A stretch of 34,186 bases of DNA from Escherichia coli (GCA_003321845.1 GCA_003321845.1_3917.1); one strand, 5' to 3'; shown: positions 13,811-20,201, counted from the first letter of the stretch. The notes: generated by a model from the sequence alone, not told the origin. Made by a program: numbers and translations.

Positions 13811-15427
13811 TCAACGTCTAAGCCCCTCATATGGGTTTCCTCTCACTAAGTCTGTGTGAGCACCCATTGATGGTGGCTTGAATAATTTAACTTCGTTAAG
13901 ACTGTTGAAAGCATCACTGGTAGCATCCACTTGGTCATCTTTAGTTTTACCATCACCACAAAAACCTTCAAGTTCTTGGAAGTAAGCTTCATTCCAACTA
14001 CCTCTCAAGACTTTTACAAGTCCAGCTTCAGAAGCAGCAGAAAACCCCGCAAATCGGGTAACTTTATCTTTATTTGTTGGTTTAGCTCTTGCTCGATAAC
14101 CTTTCTCGGCAAGTTTCCTGATGAGGGATGTTGCGTAGGATTTACCAGCAGCGCCTGGGTCTTGAGGGATAAAAATACCAGTTCGCTTACCGTCACTTTC
14201 AGCAGTCAAATTAATTTGTGTTTCGACTCCAGAGGGTCTATCTCTAAATCTTACTACATCAATGATATAATAGCAACCGTCTTTTTTAGATTTACCCATC
14301 TTAACACCTGCTGTCCAGTCTGGATTAGGGTTAATCTCAGATGGTAAAGTTGCTGCTAAGTCCCATGCTCTGACATCGAATACATCTTCTGGGAGTGAAT
14401 CAACAATTTCACACCATTGTCTTTGCCAATAGTTTGAACCTTCTGCACGAGCCTTCCAGTTACCGAAACGAAGTCTTGCAACGTTTACAGGAGTGTTGTT
14501 TTCCAACTTACCGCGATACTTTGGTTCTAAGAAGTCAAGAATTGGGTTATCATCAATCGTACCAGAGATGAATGTATATGTTTGAGGAATCTCAAGAGGA
14601 AACATTTCAAGAATCTTGTCTCTCTCCCAATCAGAAACCATAACACCATCATTCATTACATACCAACGAATACGACCACACTTTTCAGGGTCTGGGTAAC
14701 CTTCTTCATCTAAGAATGGTTCTACCCAATCGTAAATGAAGTGGTCTCTGTCTGGGTTCATAGAAATCTTCATGTATGAATCACCTTCAGCCCCAGAACG
14801 TAGACGAGTCTGTAGGTATGAAATCTGTGAAGCAGAGAAGTGTGTACCTTCGTCAAAGTAAATAGCTGAGTATTCAATACCCTGATGACCTTCAGCGTGC
14901 TTTTCAAGTTCTAGATAGGTAAACTTGATAGTTGCCCCAGAAGGGAATGTGATAGTCATCTTCTGCTCGTGAGGAACCCCACCAAACTTACCAAATAGTT
15001 TCTTTGCAGCAGGCCATAAACCACCTTGTAACTGTGTTGTATTTCGACGGAAATATACAGCATTATAATTAGGGTCGTCAATAAACCTTAAAGAGTCCAT
15101 TAACAATGCAGCAGTCTTACCAGCACCCGCAGCACCACCATAGAGAACCAAGTCAGCATTAGTATTTAAAAAGACCTCTTGAGAACCCGGCTGAGGGGCT
15201 ACATAGTTCTTATCAGTCATCAATTTGAAGATAAGTCTAACTTGGTCTGGTGTGTATCTTAATAAAGTCAGAATTTGAGTTGGAAGGAATTTAGAGGGGT
15301 CTTTACCGAATGATTTGATAATTTCTTTTACTTCATCAGAAAGCCCCAACTCTCCAGCTAGGACTTTCCTAACATCTTCCACTCGCTTCTGCTTAACAGC
15401 ATTTAAGTCCATTAAGCACCTCCGCAA
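13811..15427 (-). CDS. terL: Terminase large subunit
   Basis: 538 aa; Walker A P-loop LYGGAAGAGKTAAL near the N-terminus, acidic nuclease-like C-terminal half, directly upstream of the portal gene. Confidence 0.8.
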   Translation of the reverse strand: MRRCLMDLNAVKQKRVEDVRKVLAGELGLSDEVKEIIKSFGKDPSKFLPTQILTLLRYTPDQVRLIFKLMTDKNYVAPQPGSQEVFLNTNADLVLYGGAAGAGKTAALLMDSLRFIDDPNYNAVYFRRNTTQLQGGLWPAAKKLFGKFGGVPHEQKMTITFPSGATIKFTYLELEKHAEGHQGIEYSAIYFDEGTHFSASQISYLQTRLRSGAEGDSYMKISMNPDRDHFIYDWVEPFLDEEGYPDPEKCGRIRWYVMNDGVMVSDWERDKILEMFPLEIPQTYTFISGTIDDNPILDFLEPKYRGKLENNTPVNVARLRFGNWKARAEGSNYWQRQWCEIVDSLPEDVFDVRAWDLAATLPSEINPNPDWTAGVKMGKSKKDGCYYIIDVVRFRDRPSGVETQINLTAESDGKRTGIFIPQDPGAAGKSYATSLIRKLAEKGYRARAKPTNKDKVTRFAGFSAASEAGLVKVLRGSWNEAYFQELEGFCGDGKTKDDQVDATSDAFNSLNEVKLFKPPSMGAHTDLVRGNPYEGLRR

Positions 15428-15433
15428 ATAGAA

Positions 15434-15634
15434 TTATTCAGAGTCTGTAGCAGTCTCTTCTTTCTTAACTTCGAACTTTGCATCAACAGCATCAAGAAGT
15501 GCATCCATAGACGCTTCTTGAATATCAATACCTGTTGCTACAGATAATCTGTCTGCAATTGCCATGATAGTATTCTGCATAAATTCTAGCTTCTTGTTAG
15601 CTTCATAAAGTTCTTTATAAACGGTCTCGCTCAT
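15434..15634 (-). CDS. Small hypothetical protein upstream of terL
   Basis: 66-aa ORF with GGAG 8-9 nt upstream of the ATG; too small for a typical small terminase. Confidence 0.45.
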   Translation of the reverse strand: MSETVYKELYEANKKLEFMQNTIMAIADRLSVATGIDIQEASMDALLDAVDAKFEVKKEETATDSE

Positions 15635-15670
15635 TATGTTTTCTCCAAATAATTAACCATGTTTCCCCTT

Positions 15671-15694
15671 AAAAAAGACGGTACAGAGACCGTC
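15671..15694 (-). terminator. Intrinsic terminator at the 3' end of the tRNA array
   Basis: Plus strand aaaaaa-gacggt-acagag-accgtc: a 6-bp stem followed by a U6 run when read on the minus strand, between tRNA-Cys and the packaging genes. Confidence 0.5.
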
Positions 15695-15856
15695 AAGGAG
15701 AAACCACAATGTACGTCAGAGACATACTGTATAAGTCTTCTTATAAAGTATAACTCTGTAAAAAAGCCCTGTCTAAAAATACTCTTCGGTAGCGAAAGGA
15801 AGAATACTTATAGCAGGGCATTATTATTATTTTAATTGAGAGAGAGTAAAATAACT

Positions 15857-15933
15857 TGGAGAATCCGAAGGGACTCGAACCCTTATAAACCTGTTTTGCA
15901 GACAGGCACATAGCCATTTCTGTCACGGATTCA
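15857..15933 (-). tRNA. tRNA-Cys (anticodon GCA)
   Basis: Hand-folded: encoded CCA, perfect 7-bp acceptor (gaatccg/cggattc), T-arm aaggg-actcgaa-ccctt, anticodon stem cctgt/acagg, loop reads CU-GCA-AA. Confidence 0.75.
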
Positions 15934-15936
15934 AAT

Positions 15937-16029
15937 TGGAGGAAGATACCAGACTTGAACTGGTACACCGATTTCTCAGCTACTGGCAGTTTAGCAAACT
16001 GCTCCCTTACCTTTTAGGGTTAATCTTCC
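15937..16029 (-). tRNA. tRNA-Ser (anticodon GCT), class II
   Basis: Encoded CCA, acceptor ggaagat/atcttcc, T-arm accag-acttgaa-ctggt, ~21-nt variable arm, anticodon stem gcagt/actgc, loop UU-GCU-AA. Confidence 0.75.
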
Positions 16030-16030
16030 A

Positions 16031-16765
16031 TTATTTCTGTAATGCGTTCTTCATTTCTGGTGTTGCAATAGTATCAATTACACCAGTTTTACAAGCATCA
16101 TCAAACCAGTCTGGTAAGATACCTGCTAAGAACCCATTGATATTCGTTTTAAGGTACTCTGCAATAAGAGCAGCTTCTTCTTCAATCATCTGCACAACTT
16201 CATCTGCATAAGCTGTAATCTTCGAAATACCTTCATTAATCTTACTAACAGCTTGGTTAGCTAAATCAGAAATAGTATCAAGACCTTTGTCAATAGCGTC
16301 TTGTAAGTCACTTAATACATCATTAACACCATCTAGAGCGCTGTTAATCGTATCCATAGCTTTTTGACCATACTCTGTAGCAACACCCATAATACCACTA
16401 AACGGTGTACAGCCAACTTGCTCTCCTGCTGCACCCATAACATTAGAATAACCTTTTGCTACCTGCATACGTGAGGAAAACTCATCAATGGACTTTTGAC
16501 CGTAATCCGTCAGCGTTTTGGTAGTTGATGTAGTGCTTGTCAGACTCGTTGTAAAGCTGTTAAGCAGAACTGTTGTAAGTCCAGCAGCAACAAGTTTATC
16601 TTTTATTGTAGGGTCTGTTACAGAGCTAATAGAGCTTACAAGTGATGTAGAGGCAGCTACGGTTCCACCGAGAACTGCTGCACCAGTAATAAGGGGATTA
16701 GAGAACCCTTTACCGGTTTTTAAGAGATTAAAAATCTCCTTACCTTGTTCTGTCATCTCTTTCAT
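16031..16765 (-). CDS. Hypothetical protein encoded inside the tRNA array (possible membrane or coiled-coil protein)
   Basis: ORF track gives 16031..16828 with a GTG start lying inside the tRNA-Phe anticodon arm. The first ATG (MKEMTEQ, at 16765) has AAGGTG 5 nt upstream and is the likelier start. Hydrophobic Gly/Ala segment followed by Ser/Thr-rich and acidic helical regions. Confidence 0.5.
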   Translation of the reverse strand: MKEMTEQGKEIFNLLKTGKGFSNPLITGAAVLGGTVAASTSLVSSISSVTDPTIKDKLVAAGLTTVLLNSFTTSLTSTTSTTKTLTDYGQKSIDEFSSRMQVAKGYSNVMGAAGEQVGCTPFSGIMGVATEYGQKAMDTINSALDGVNDVLSDLQDAIDKGLDTISDLANQAVSKINEGISKITAYADEVVQMIEEEAALIAEYLKTNINGFLAGILPDWFDDACKTGVIDTIATPEMKNALQK

Positions 16766-16781
16766 TAAGCACCTTTGAAAT

Positions 16782-16858
16782 TGGTAGTCCAGTGGGATTT
16801 GAACCCTCTTCTCATGTTTTTCAGACACGCGCTTTAACCATATAAGCTACTTGGACTA
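16782..16858 (-). tRNA. tRNA-Phe (anticodon GAA), slightly atypical
   Basis: Perfect acceptor tagtcca/tggacta, T-loop atttgaa with one T-stem mismatch, anticodon loop CU-GAA-AA. 3' CCA register is ambiguous. Confidence 0.55.
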
Positions 16859-16863
16859 TAAAT

Positions 16864-16939
16864 TGGGGTGACCTACGGGATTTGAACCCGTATAGACCAT
16901 GTTCACAGCATGGGTCATTACCATTTATGATAAGGCCAC
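16864..16939 (-). tRNA. tRNA-His (anticodon GTG)
   Basis: Encoded CCA, acceptor with one G-U pair, T-arm acggg-atttgaa-cccgt, anticodon stem ccatg/catgg, loop CU-GUG-AA. Confidence 0.7.
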
Positions 16940-16970
16940 ATTTAAGGACTCTCGTAAGAACCCTTAGAAG

Positions 16971-17046
16971 TGGCAGCGGCATAAGGATTTGAACCTTAAT
17001 AAGACAGCTTCAGAGACTGCTGCATTGCCAGTTATGCTATACCGCT
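16971..17046 (-). tRNA. tRNA-Gln (anticodon CTG)
   Basis: Encoded CCA, T-arm taagg-atttgaa-cctta, anticodon stem with two G-U pairs, loop CU-CUG-AA. Confidence 0.6.
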
Positions 17047-17051
17047 AAATT

Positions 17052-17130
17052 TGGTACTCCATATCGGATTCGAACCGATACATAACACAGATTTTAAGTC
17101 TGGCCTCTCTGCCAATTGGAGTAATGGAGC
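17052..17130 (-). tRNA. tRNA with anticodon TAA (formally Leu) but short variable arm
   Basis: Encoded CCA, discriminator A, T-arm atcgg-attcgaa-ccgat, anticodon loop CU-UAA-AA. Variable region only ~7 nt, i.e. class-I geometry, unusual for a Leu anticodon. Confidence 0.5.
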
Positions 17131-17131
17131 A

Positions 17132-17206
17132 TGGTACTCACTAAAGGACTTGAACCTTTTTCTTCATCTTGTAAGGGTGGTGTTTTACCATATAAACTAA
17201 GCGAGT
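17132..17206 (-). tRNA. tRNA-Val (anticodon TAC), tentative
   Basis: Encoded CCA, acceptor actcact/agcgagt with one G-U, T-arm aaagg-acttgaa-ccttt. Anticodon stem is imperfect; loop reads CU-UAC-AA. Confidence 0.5.
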
Positions 17207-17302
17207 GTGAAAGAGGTCTGAAGTTGTGCCGCTAACTCAACTCCGTGGAATTTGTTACGGTCTTCAGTTGACTCAAAGCGGTCTTTCACTTGACCTCTAA
17301 AT

Positions 17303-17378
17303 TGGTGCTCCCACAAGGATTCGAACCCTGATAAGTTGCTTACAAGGCAACCGTAATAGCCAATTATACGATAGGAGC
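17303..17378 (-). tRNA. tRNA-Thr (anticodon TGT)
   Basis: Encoded CCA, T-arm caagg-attcgaa-ccctg, perfect anticodon stem gttgc/gcaac, loop CU-UGU-AA. Confidence 0.75.
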
Positions 17379-17385
17379 ATTAATT

Positions 17386-17460
17386 TGGAGCATCCAGAGG
17401 GAATCGAACCCTCAACCTCAGTTTGGAAGACTGTAATTTTCCCGTTTAAACTATGGATGC
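17386..17460 (-). tRNA. tRNA-Gly (anticodon TCC)
   Basis: Encoded CCA, perfect acceptor gcatcca/tggatgc, T-arm gaggg-aatcgaa-ccctc, loop CU-UCC-AA. Confidence 0.7.
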
Positions 17461-17466
17461 ACTAAT

Positions 17467-17542
17467 TGGTGGAGTCACTGGGAATTGAACCCAGTTCCCA
17501 AGTTTGCAAAACTCGAATTTTAACCATATAAACTATGACCCC
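17467..17542 (-). tRNA. tRNA-Ala (anticodon TGC)
   Basis: Encoded CCA, acceptor ggagtca/tgacccc including a G-U pair, T-arm ctggg-aattgaa-cccag, loop UU-UGC-AA. Confidence 0.7.
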
Positions 17543-17548
17543 ATTGTT

Positions 17549-17624
17549 TGGTACAGGTGGAGGGAATTGAACCCATCGTCTTACTGATTAAGAGTCAGCC
17601 GCATAACCATTTTGCTACACCTGC
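17549..17624 (-). tRNA. tRNA-Lys (anticodon CTT)
   Basis: Encoded CCA, acceptor acaggtg/cacctgc, T-loop aattgaa with a 3-bp effective T-stem (same backbone as the Lys-TTT gene), loop CU-CUU-AA. Confidence 0.6.
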
Positions 17625-17631
17625 ATTAATT

Positions 17632-17709
17632 TGGTAGGAGACAAGGGATTCGAACCCTCAAACACCAACTTCTAAGGATGGTAGGTTTACCAATTACCGT
17701 CAATCTCCC
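17632..17709 (-). tRNA. tRNA with anticodon TAG (formally Leu) but short variable arm
   Basis: Encoded CCA, discriminator A, T-arm aaggg-attcgaa-ccctc, anticodon loop CU-UAG-AA with one A-A mismatch in the stem; class-I length (~78 nt). Confidence 0.5.
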
Positions 17710-17961
17710 ATTAAATCTTTTTAGAGAACTTCTAAGAACCTAAGCAACAAGGTTCCACAACAAGCTGTAATAACCTTAGAAGCCCTCTAAAAAGACCTAA
17801 TTTGGTCTTTGCATAGTCTTGTTTAATCCGGTGACTAGAACCTTTGGAGAGCTTGATATTATCTCTTCTCCGTGACACCTACTAGGTGCTTTATCAGTGT
17901 ACGACAATACACGAGGGATAAACCGAAAATGCGAGCAAGCATGGACGGTGTAAATCTTATT

Positions 17962-18052
17962 AGGCGGTAAGTAAAGGAGTCGAACCCTCACCGTATCTCT
18001 ACAGTGGCAACAGTTTTCAAGACTGTTTGGCTGCCATTAGCCGCTACCTACC
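17962..18052 (-). tRNA. tRNA-Ser (anticodon TGA), class II
   Basis: Perfect 6-bp anticodon stem aacagt/actgtt with loop CU-UGA-AA, ~20-nt variable arm, acceptor ggtaagt/acctacc, discriminator G. T-stem has two G-U pairs; CCA not fully encoded. Confidence 0.55.
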
Positions 18053-18065
18053 CCTAATAAGATTT

Positions 18066-18148
18066 TGGCATGGGACGGAGGAGTTGAACCCCTTTGAAAC
18101 GGTTTTGGAGGCCGTTGCTCATGCCTTAGAGTCTTAACATCGTCCCAT
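18066..18148 (-). tRNA. tRNA, probably Trp (anticodon CCA), atypical length
   Basis: Encoded CCA, perfect acceptor atgggac/gtcccat, T-loop agttgaa, anticodon hairpin acggc/accgt with loop CU-CCA-AA. About 7 extra nt in the D-arm region. Confidence 0.45.
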
Positions 18149-18291
18149 ACTGTAATTCGAAGCTTACCGTATTTTCACAACACTGTAAAGCCCCTTCTCA
18201 GATTATTTACATGTTCTGGAAAACATGAGATACAGACCACCTCCTTACACGGAGACCCGATAAGGTCGTCTAAGCAATCTGCTAACTAAAT

Positions 18292-18373
18292 TGGTCGAGG
18301 CGGCAGGACTCGAACCCGCATACTCCACTTACTCGGTTAACGGCGGTTTAGAAGACCGCTGAGATACGCCCCG
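18292..18373 (-). tRNA. tRNA-like element (anticodon-like loop TCT, Arg?) with degenerate D-arm
   Basis: Encoded CCA, acceptor cgaggcg/cgccccg, T-arm gcagg-actcgaa-cccgc, perfect hairpin gcggt-ttagaag-accgc giving CU-UCU-AA. Only ~7 nt where the D-arm should be and ~23 nt between the T-arm and that hairpin. Confidence 0.4.
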
Positions 18374-18667
18374 TAATTATCTTTAAAGACTCTCTGAGAA
18401 AGCCCTTAAAGATGCCCACATTATTAATCATACCGTGGGCTAGTACGCCAAATTCTTTGATGAGGGGTTGGAAGACCTCACTGGTGTTTAGCCTATCAAG
18501 CTACTGCCAGAAAAACATTGTCGTTTGCATTTATTTTAAATTTACAAAATAGACGCTACGCAACGAAAACTATTCAGAATATGTACAACAAATTTCCCCA
18601 CATTGTGTTACGTCTAACGCTCATGTCTTGGTGTTTGAATTATACATATGCTGAATCATTTTCAGTT

Positions 18668-18696
18668 ACTATAAAGTAGTCACATCTCAATGTCAA
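18668..18696 (-). promoter_or_regulatory. Candidate sigma70-type promoter internal to the tRNA array
   Basis: Minus strand reads TTGACA, 17 nt, TATAGT (plus-strand tgtcaa at ~18691 and actata at ~18668); it would drive the lower half of the array. Confidence 0.45.
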
Positions 18697-18711
18697 CAAC
18701 TTTATTGAAAT

Positions 18712-18785
18712 TGGTTGTAGGTGAGGGTATCGAACCCTCTTCTAACGGTTATCAGCCGTTTGCATTACCATTTATGCTAACCCAC
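18712..18785 (-). tRNA. tRNA-Ile (anticodon GAT)
   Basis: Encoded CCA, T-arm gaggg-tatcgaa-ccctc, perfect anticodon stem aacgg/ccgtt, loop CU-GAU-AA. Confidence 0.75.
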
Positions 18786-18788
18786 AAT

Positions 18789-18865
18789 TGGAGGTTCAGA
18801 TGGGAATCGAACCCACATCCATAGGGCTTATGAAACCCCTGCATTACCTTATCTGCGACTGAACC
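18789..18865 (-). tRNA. tRNA-Met (anticodon CAT; could be elongator Met or Ile2)
   Basis: Encoded CCA, perfect acceptor ggttcag/ctgaacc, T-arm atggg-aatcgaa-cccac, loop UU-CAU-AA. Confidence 0.6.
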
Positions 18866-18943
18866 ATAATAAGTACCCTAGTTAGAGAAACTATTGAGTG
18901 GGTGTTTCCAGCCGCGCAGGTGTTTCTCAGTTAAGGGTGAATT

Positions 18944-19019
18944 TGGTAGAAGTGGAGGGATTCGAACCCATCGCCTGTCAGATTAAAAGTCTGCCGCATC
19001 ACCATTCTGCTACACTTCC
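18944..19019 (-). tRNA. tRNA-Lys (anticodon TTT)
   Basis: Encoded CCA, acceptor agaagtg/cacttcc, T-loop attcgaa, anticodon stem caga/tctg, loop CU-UUU-AA. Confidence 0.65.
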
Positions 19020-19024
19020 ATTAA

Positions 19025-19167
19025 ATTATCTTTGTAGATAAGCTACCCAGACTTGCTTAAGGTCTGTAGCGATGTGCCTTTTTGGGTTTAAATCTAGAAT
19101 TTACCCTTTCACCCTTTGTGGTCGCATACTCACAGGTAAGCTTAATAACTTATCTACAAAGATAATT
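19025..19167. repeat. Perfect 18-bp inverted repeat (attatctttgtagataag / cttatctacaaagataat) enclosing ~107 nt
   Basis: Read directly from the sequence; arms at ~19025-19042 and ~19150-19167 within a tRNA-free stretch of the array. Predicts a long stem-closed structured RNA or a DNA cruciform. Confidence 0.6.
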
Positions 19168-19216
19168 ACCAGACCGTTGTTTATCATCTTAAGTGCTACC
19201 ATTACACCAACTCGAC

Positions 19217-19245
19217 ATCTGCCGAGTGAAGGAATCGAACCTTCG
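19217..19245 (-). other. Orphan tRNA T-arm-like hairpin (tRNA fragment or tRNA-like module)
   Basis: gaagg-aatcgaa-ccttc is a perfect T-arm mimic with an acceptor-like 7-mer beside it, but no matching 5' acceptor strand, D-arm or anticodon arm could be found. Confidence 0.3.
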
Positions 19246-19477
19246 CCTTTTCTTTACCGGAGAAATAGATTGTTTAAAGTTTGCTGTAAACGGTCTTCTG
19301 TAAATTTGTTGAGCCAGACCAAGTTTTAAATTTTTTCAAAATTAAATTGGCTTGAAAATTTCATACGTACTTGCTGAATTTGGTCTTCTGCTCCTTTAAA
19401 GAATACTCGTAAGAACTCTTTAAGGGAGGGGCTAAATAGCCCTCTCAAAACATCATTTTGAAATACTTATTATAATT

Positions 19478-19555
19478 TGGCGGTTACGAAGGGATTTGAA
19501 CCCTCATCATCTCCCGTGACAGGGGAGTATTTTAACCAGTTAAACTACATAACCT
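19478..19555 (-). tRNA. tRNA-Asp (anticodon GTC)
   Basis: Encoded CCA, T-arm aaggg-atttgaa-ccctc, perfect anticodon stem ctccc/gggag, loop CU-GUC-AC. Confidence 0.75.
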
Positions 19556-19560
19556 TTATT

Positions 19561-19648
19561 TGGTGTGCCGTGTAGGAGTCGAACCTACCGAGTCTCAATG
19601 ACAAGGGATTTACAGTCCCCACCGCTACCATCTACGGGATAACGACAC
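19561..19648 (-). tRNA. tRNA-Tyr (anticodon GTA), class II
   Basis: Encoded CCA, T-arm gtagg-agtcgaa-cctac, ~15-nt variable arm, anticodon stem aggga/tcccc, loop CU-GUA-AA. Confidence 0.7.
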
Positions 19649-19717
19649 ATTTAATTTCTATTCAGGCTAAGGACTTGCACCTTACAAATCGGTGAGCAAT
19701 CGCTTCTCTCCTAAATT

Positions 19718-19794
19718 TGGCGGTTAGTCAGGGATTCGAACCCTGTGCCATTCGCTTAACAGGCGACCGCACATACCTTATGTGCTTCCTAACC
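19718..19794 (-). tRNA. tRNA-Asn (anticodon GTT)
   Basis: Encoded CCA, T-arm caggg-attcgaa-ccctg, anticodon stem tcgc/gcga, loop CU-GUU-AA. Confidence 0.7.
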
Positions 19795-19871
19795 TTAATA
19801 CATTGCCAGACCGTGTTTTTTCTTTTATCCGCAAAAAGTATTTTGTTGCTGAATACGGTCTTCTGCAAAAT

Positions 19872-19948
19872 TGGAGGCGGGTGCAGGAGTCGAACCTACC
19901 GATACCATGCTAATGAGACATGTGAGACGCCCTTTCTCTATACCCGCA
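19872..19948 (-). tRNA. tRNA-Met (anticodon CAT), possible initiator
   Basis: Encoded CCA, T-arm gcagg-agtcgaa-cctac, D-stem gaga/tctc, anticodon loop with CAT. The 1:72 acceptor pair is mismatched, as in bacterial initiator tRNA. Confidence 0.55.
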
Positions 19949-20039
19949 ATTCTTAATGACCAGACCAAATCTCTTCTTTGTCCGATTTACCTTCAGATGA
20001 ATAAGATTAAGTTTGCTGCAATTGGTCTTCTGTCAAAAC

Positions 20040-20117
20040 TGGCGTTCCAGAAGGGATTTGAACCCTCAAATATCCACTTTGAAAGAGTGGCGACTTTACC
20101 GTTTTGTCTACTGGAAC
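20040..20117 (-). tRNA. tRNA-Glu (anticodon TTC)
   Basis: Encoded CCA, perfect acceptor gttccag/ctggaac, T-arm aaggg-atttgaa-ccctc, perfect anticodon stem ccact/agtgg, loop CU-UUC-AA. Confidence 0.75.
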
Positions 20118-20124
20118 ATTAATT

Positions 20125-20201
20125 TGGTCTCTGTTGGAGGACTTGAACCTCCGGCCTTACCGCCCCAAACGGAACGCTCTACCAAGCTGAGCTAAACAGA
20201 G
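20125..20201 (-). tRNA. tRNA-Pro (anticodon TGG)
   Basis: Encoded CCA, perfect acceptor ctctgtt/aacagag, perfect T-arm ggagg-acttgaa-cctcc, anticodon loop UU-UGG-GG. Confidence 0.65.

Noticed and set aside
15741-15968. 75-aa minus ORF; also plus ORFs 15936..16211 and 16518..16778
   Set aside because: They overlap tRNA-Cys and tRNA-Ser or the embedded protein gene on the opposite strand; almost certainly spurious.
17052-17709. Suppressor (stop-codon-reading) tRNAs
   Set aside because: Anticodons read 5'-UAA-3' and 5'-UAG-3', which decode UUA and CUA (Leu) codons, not stop codons; a suppressor would need UUA, CUA or UCA.
17797-17991. 64-aa minus-strand ORF inside the tRNA array
   Set aside because: Overlaps the 3' part of tRNA-Ser(TGA) and a structured spacer; no ribosome-binding site; composition not protein-like.
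19217-19245. A full tRNA gene at the orphan T-arm
   Set aside because: No complementary 5' acceptor strand, D-arm or anticodon arm could be assembled within 120 nt; kept only as a tRNA-like fragment.
19072-20195. Plus-strand ORFs 19072..19329, 19717..19956, 19871..20122 and 20013..20195
   Set aside because: They run antisense across several tRNA genes and repeated spacers; open frames here are a by-product of stop-codon-poor tRNA sequence.
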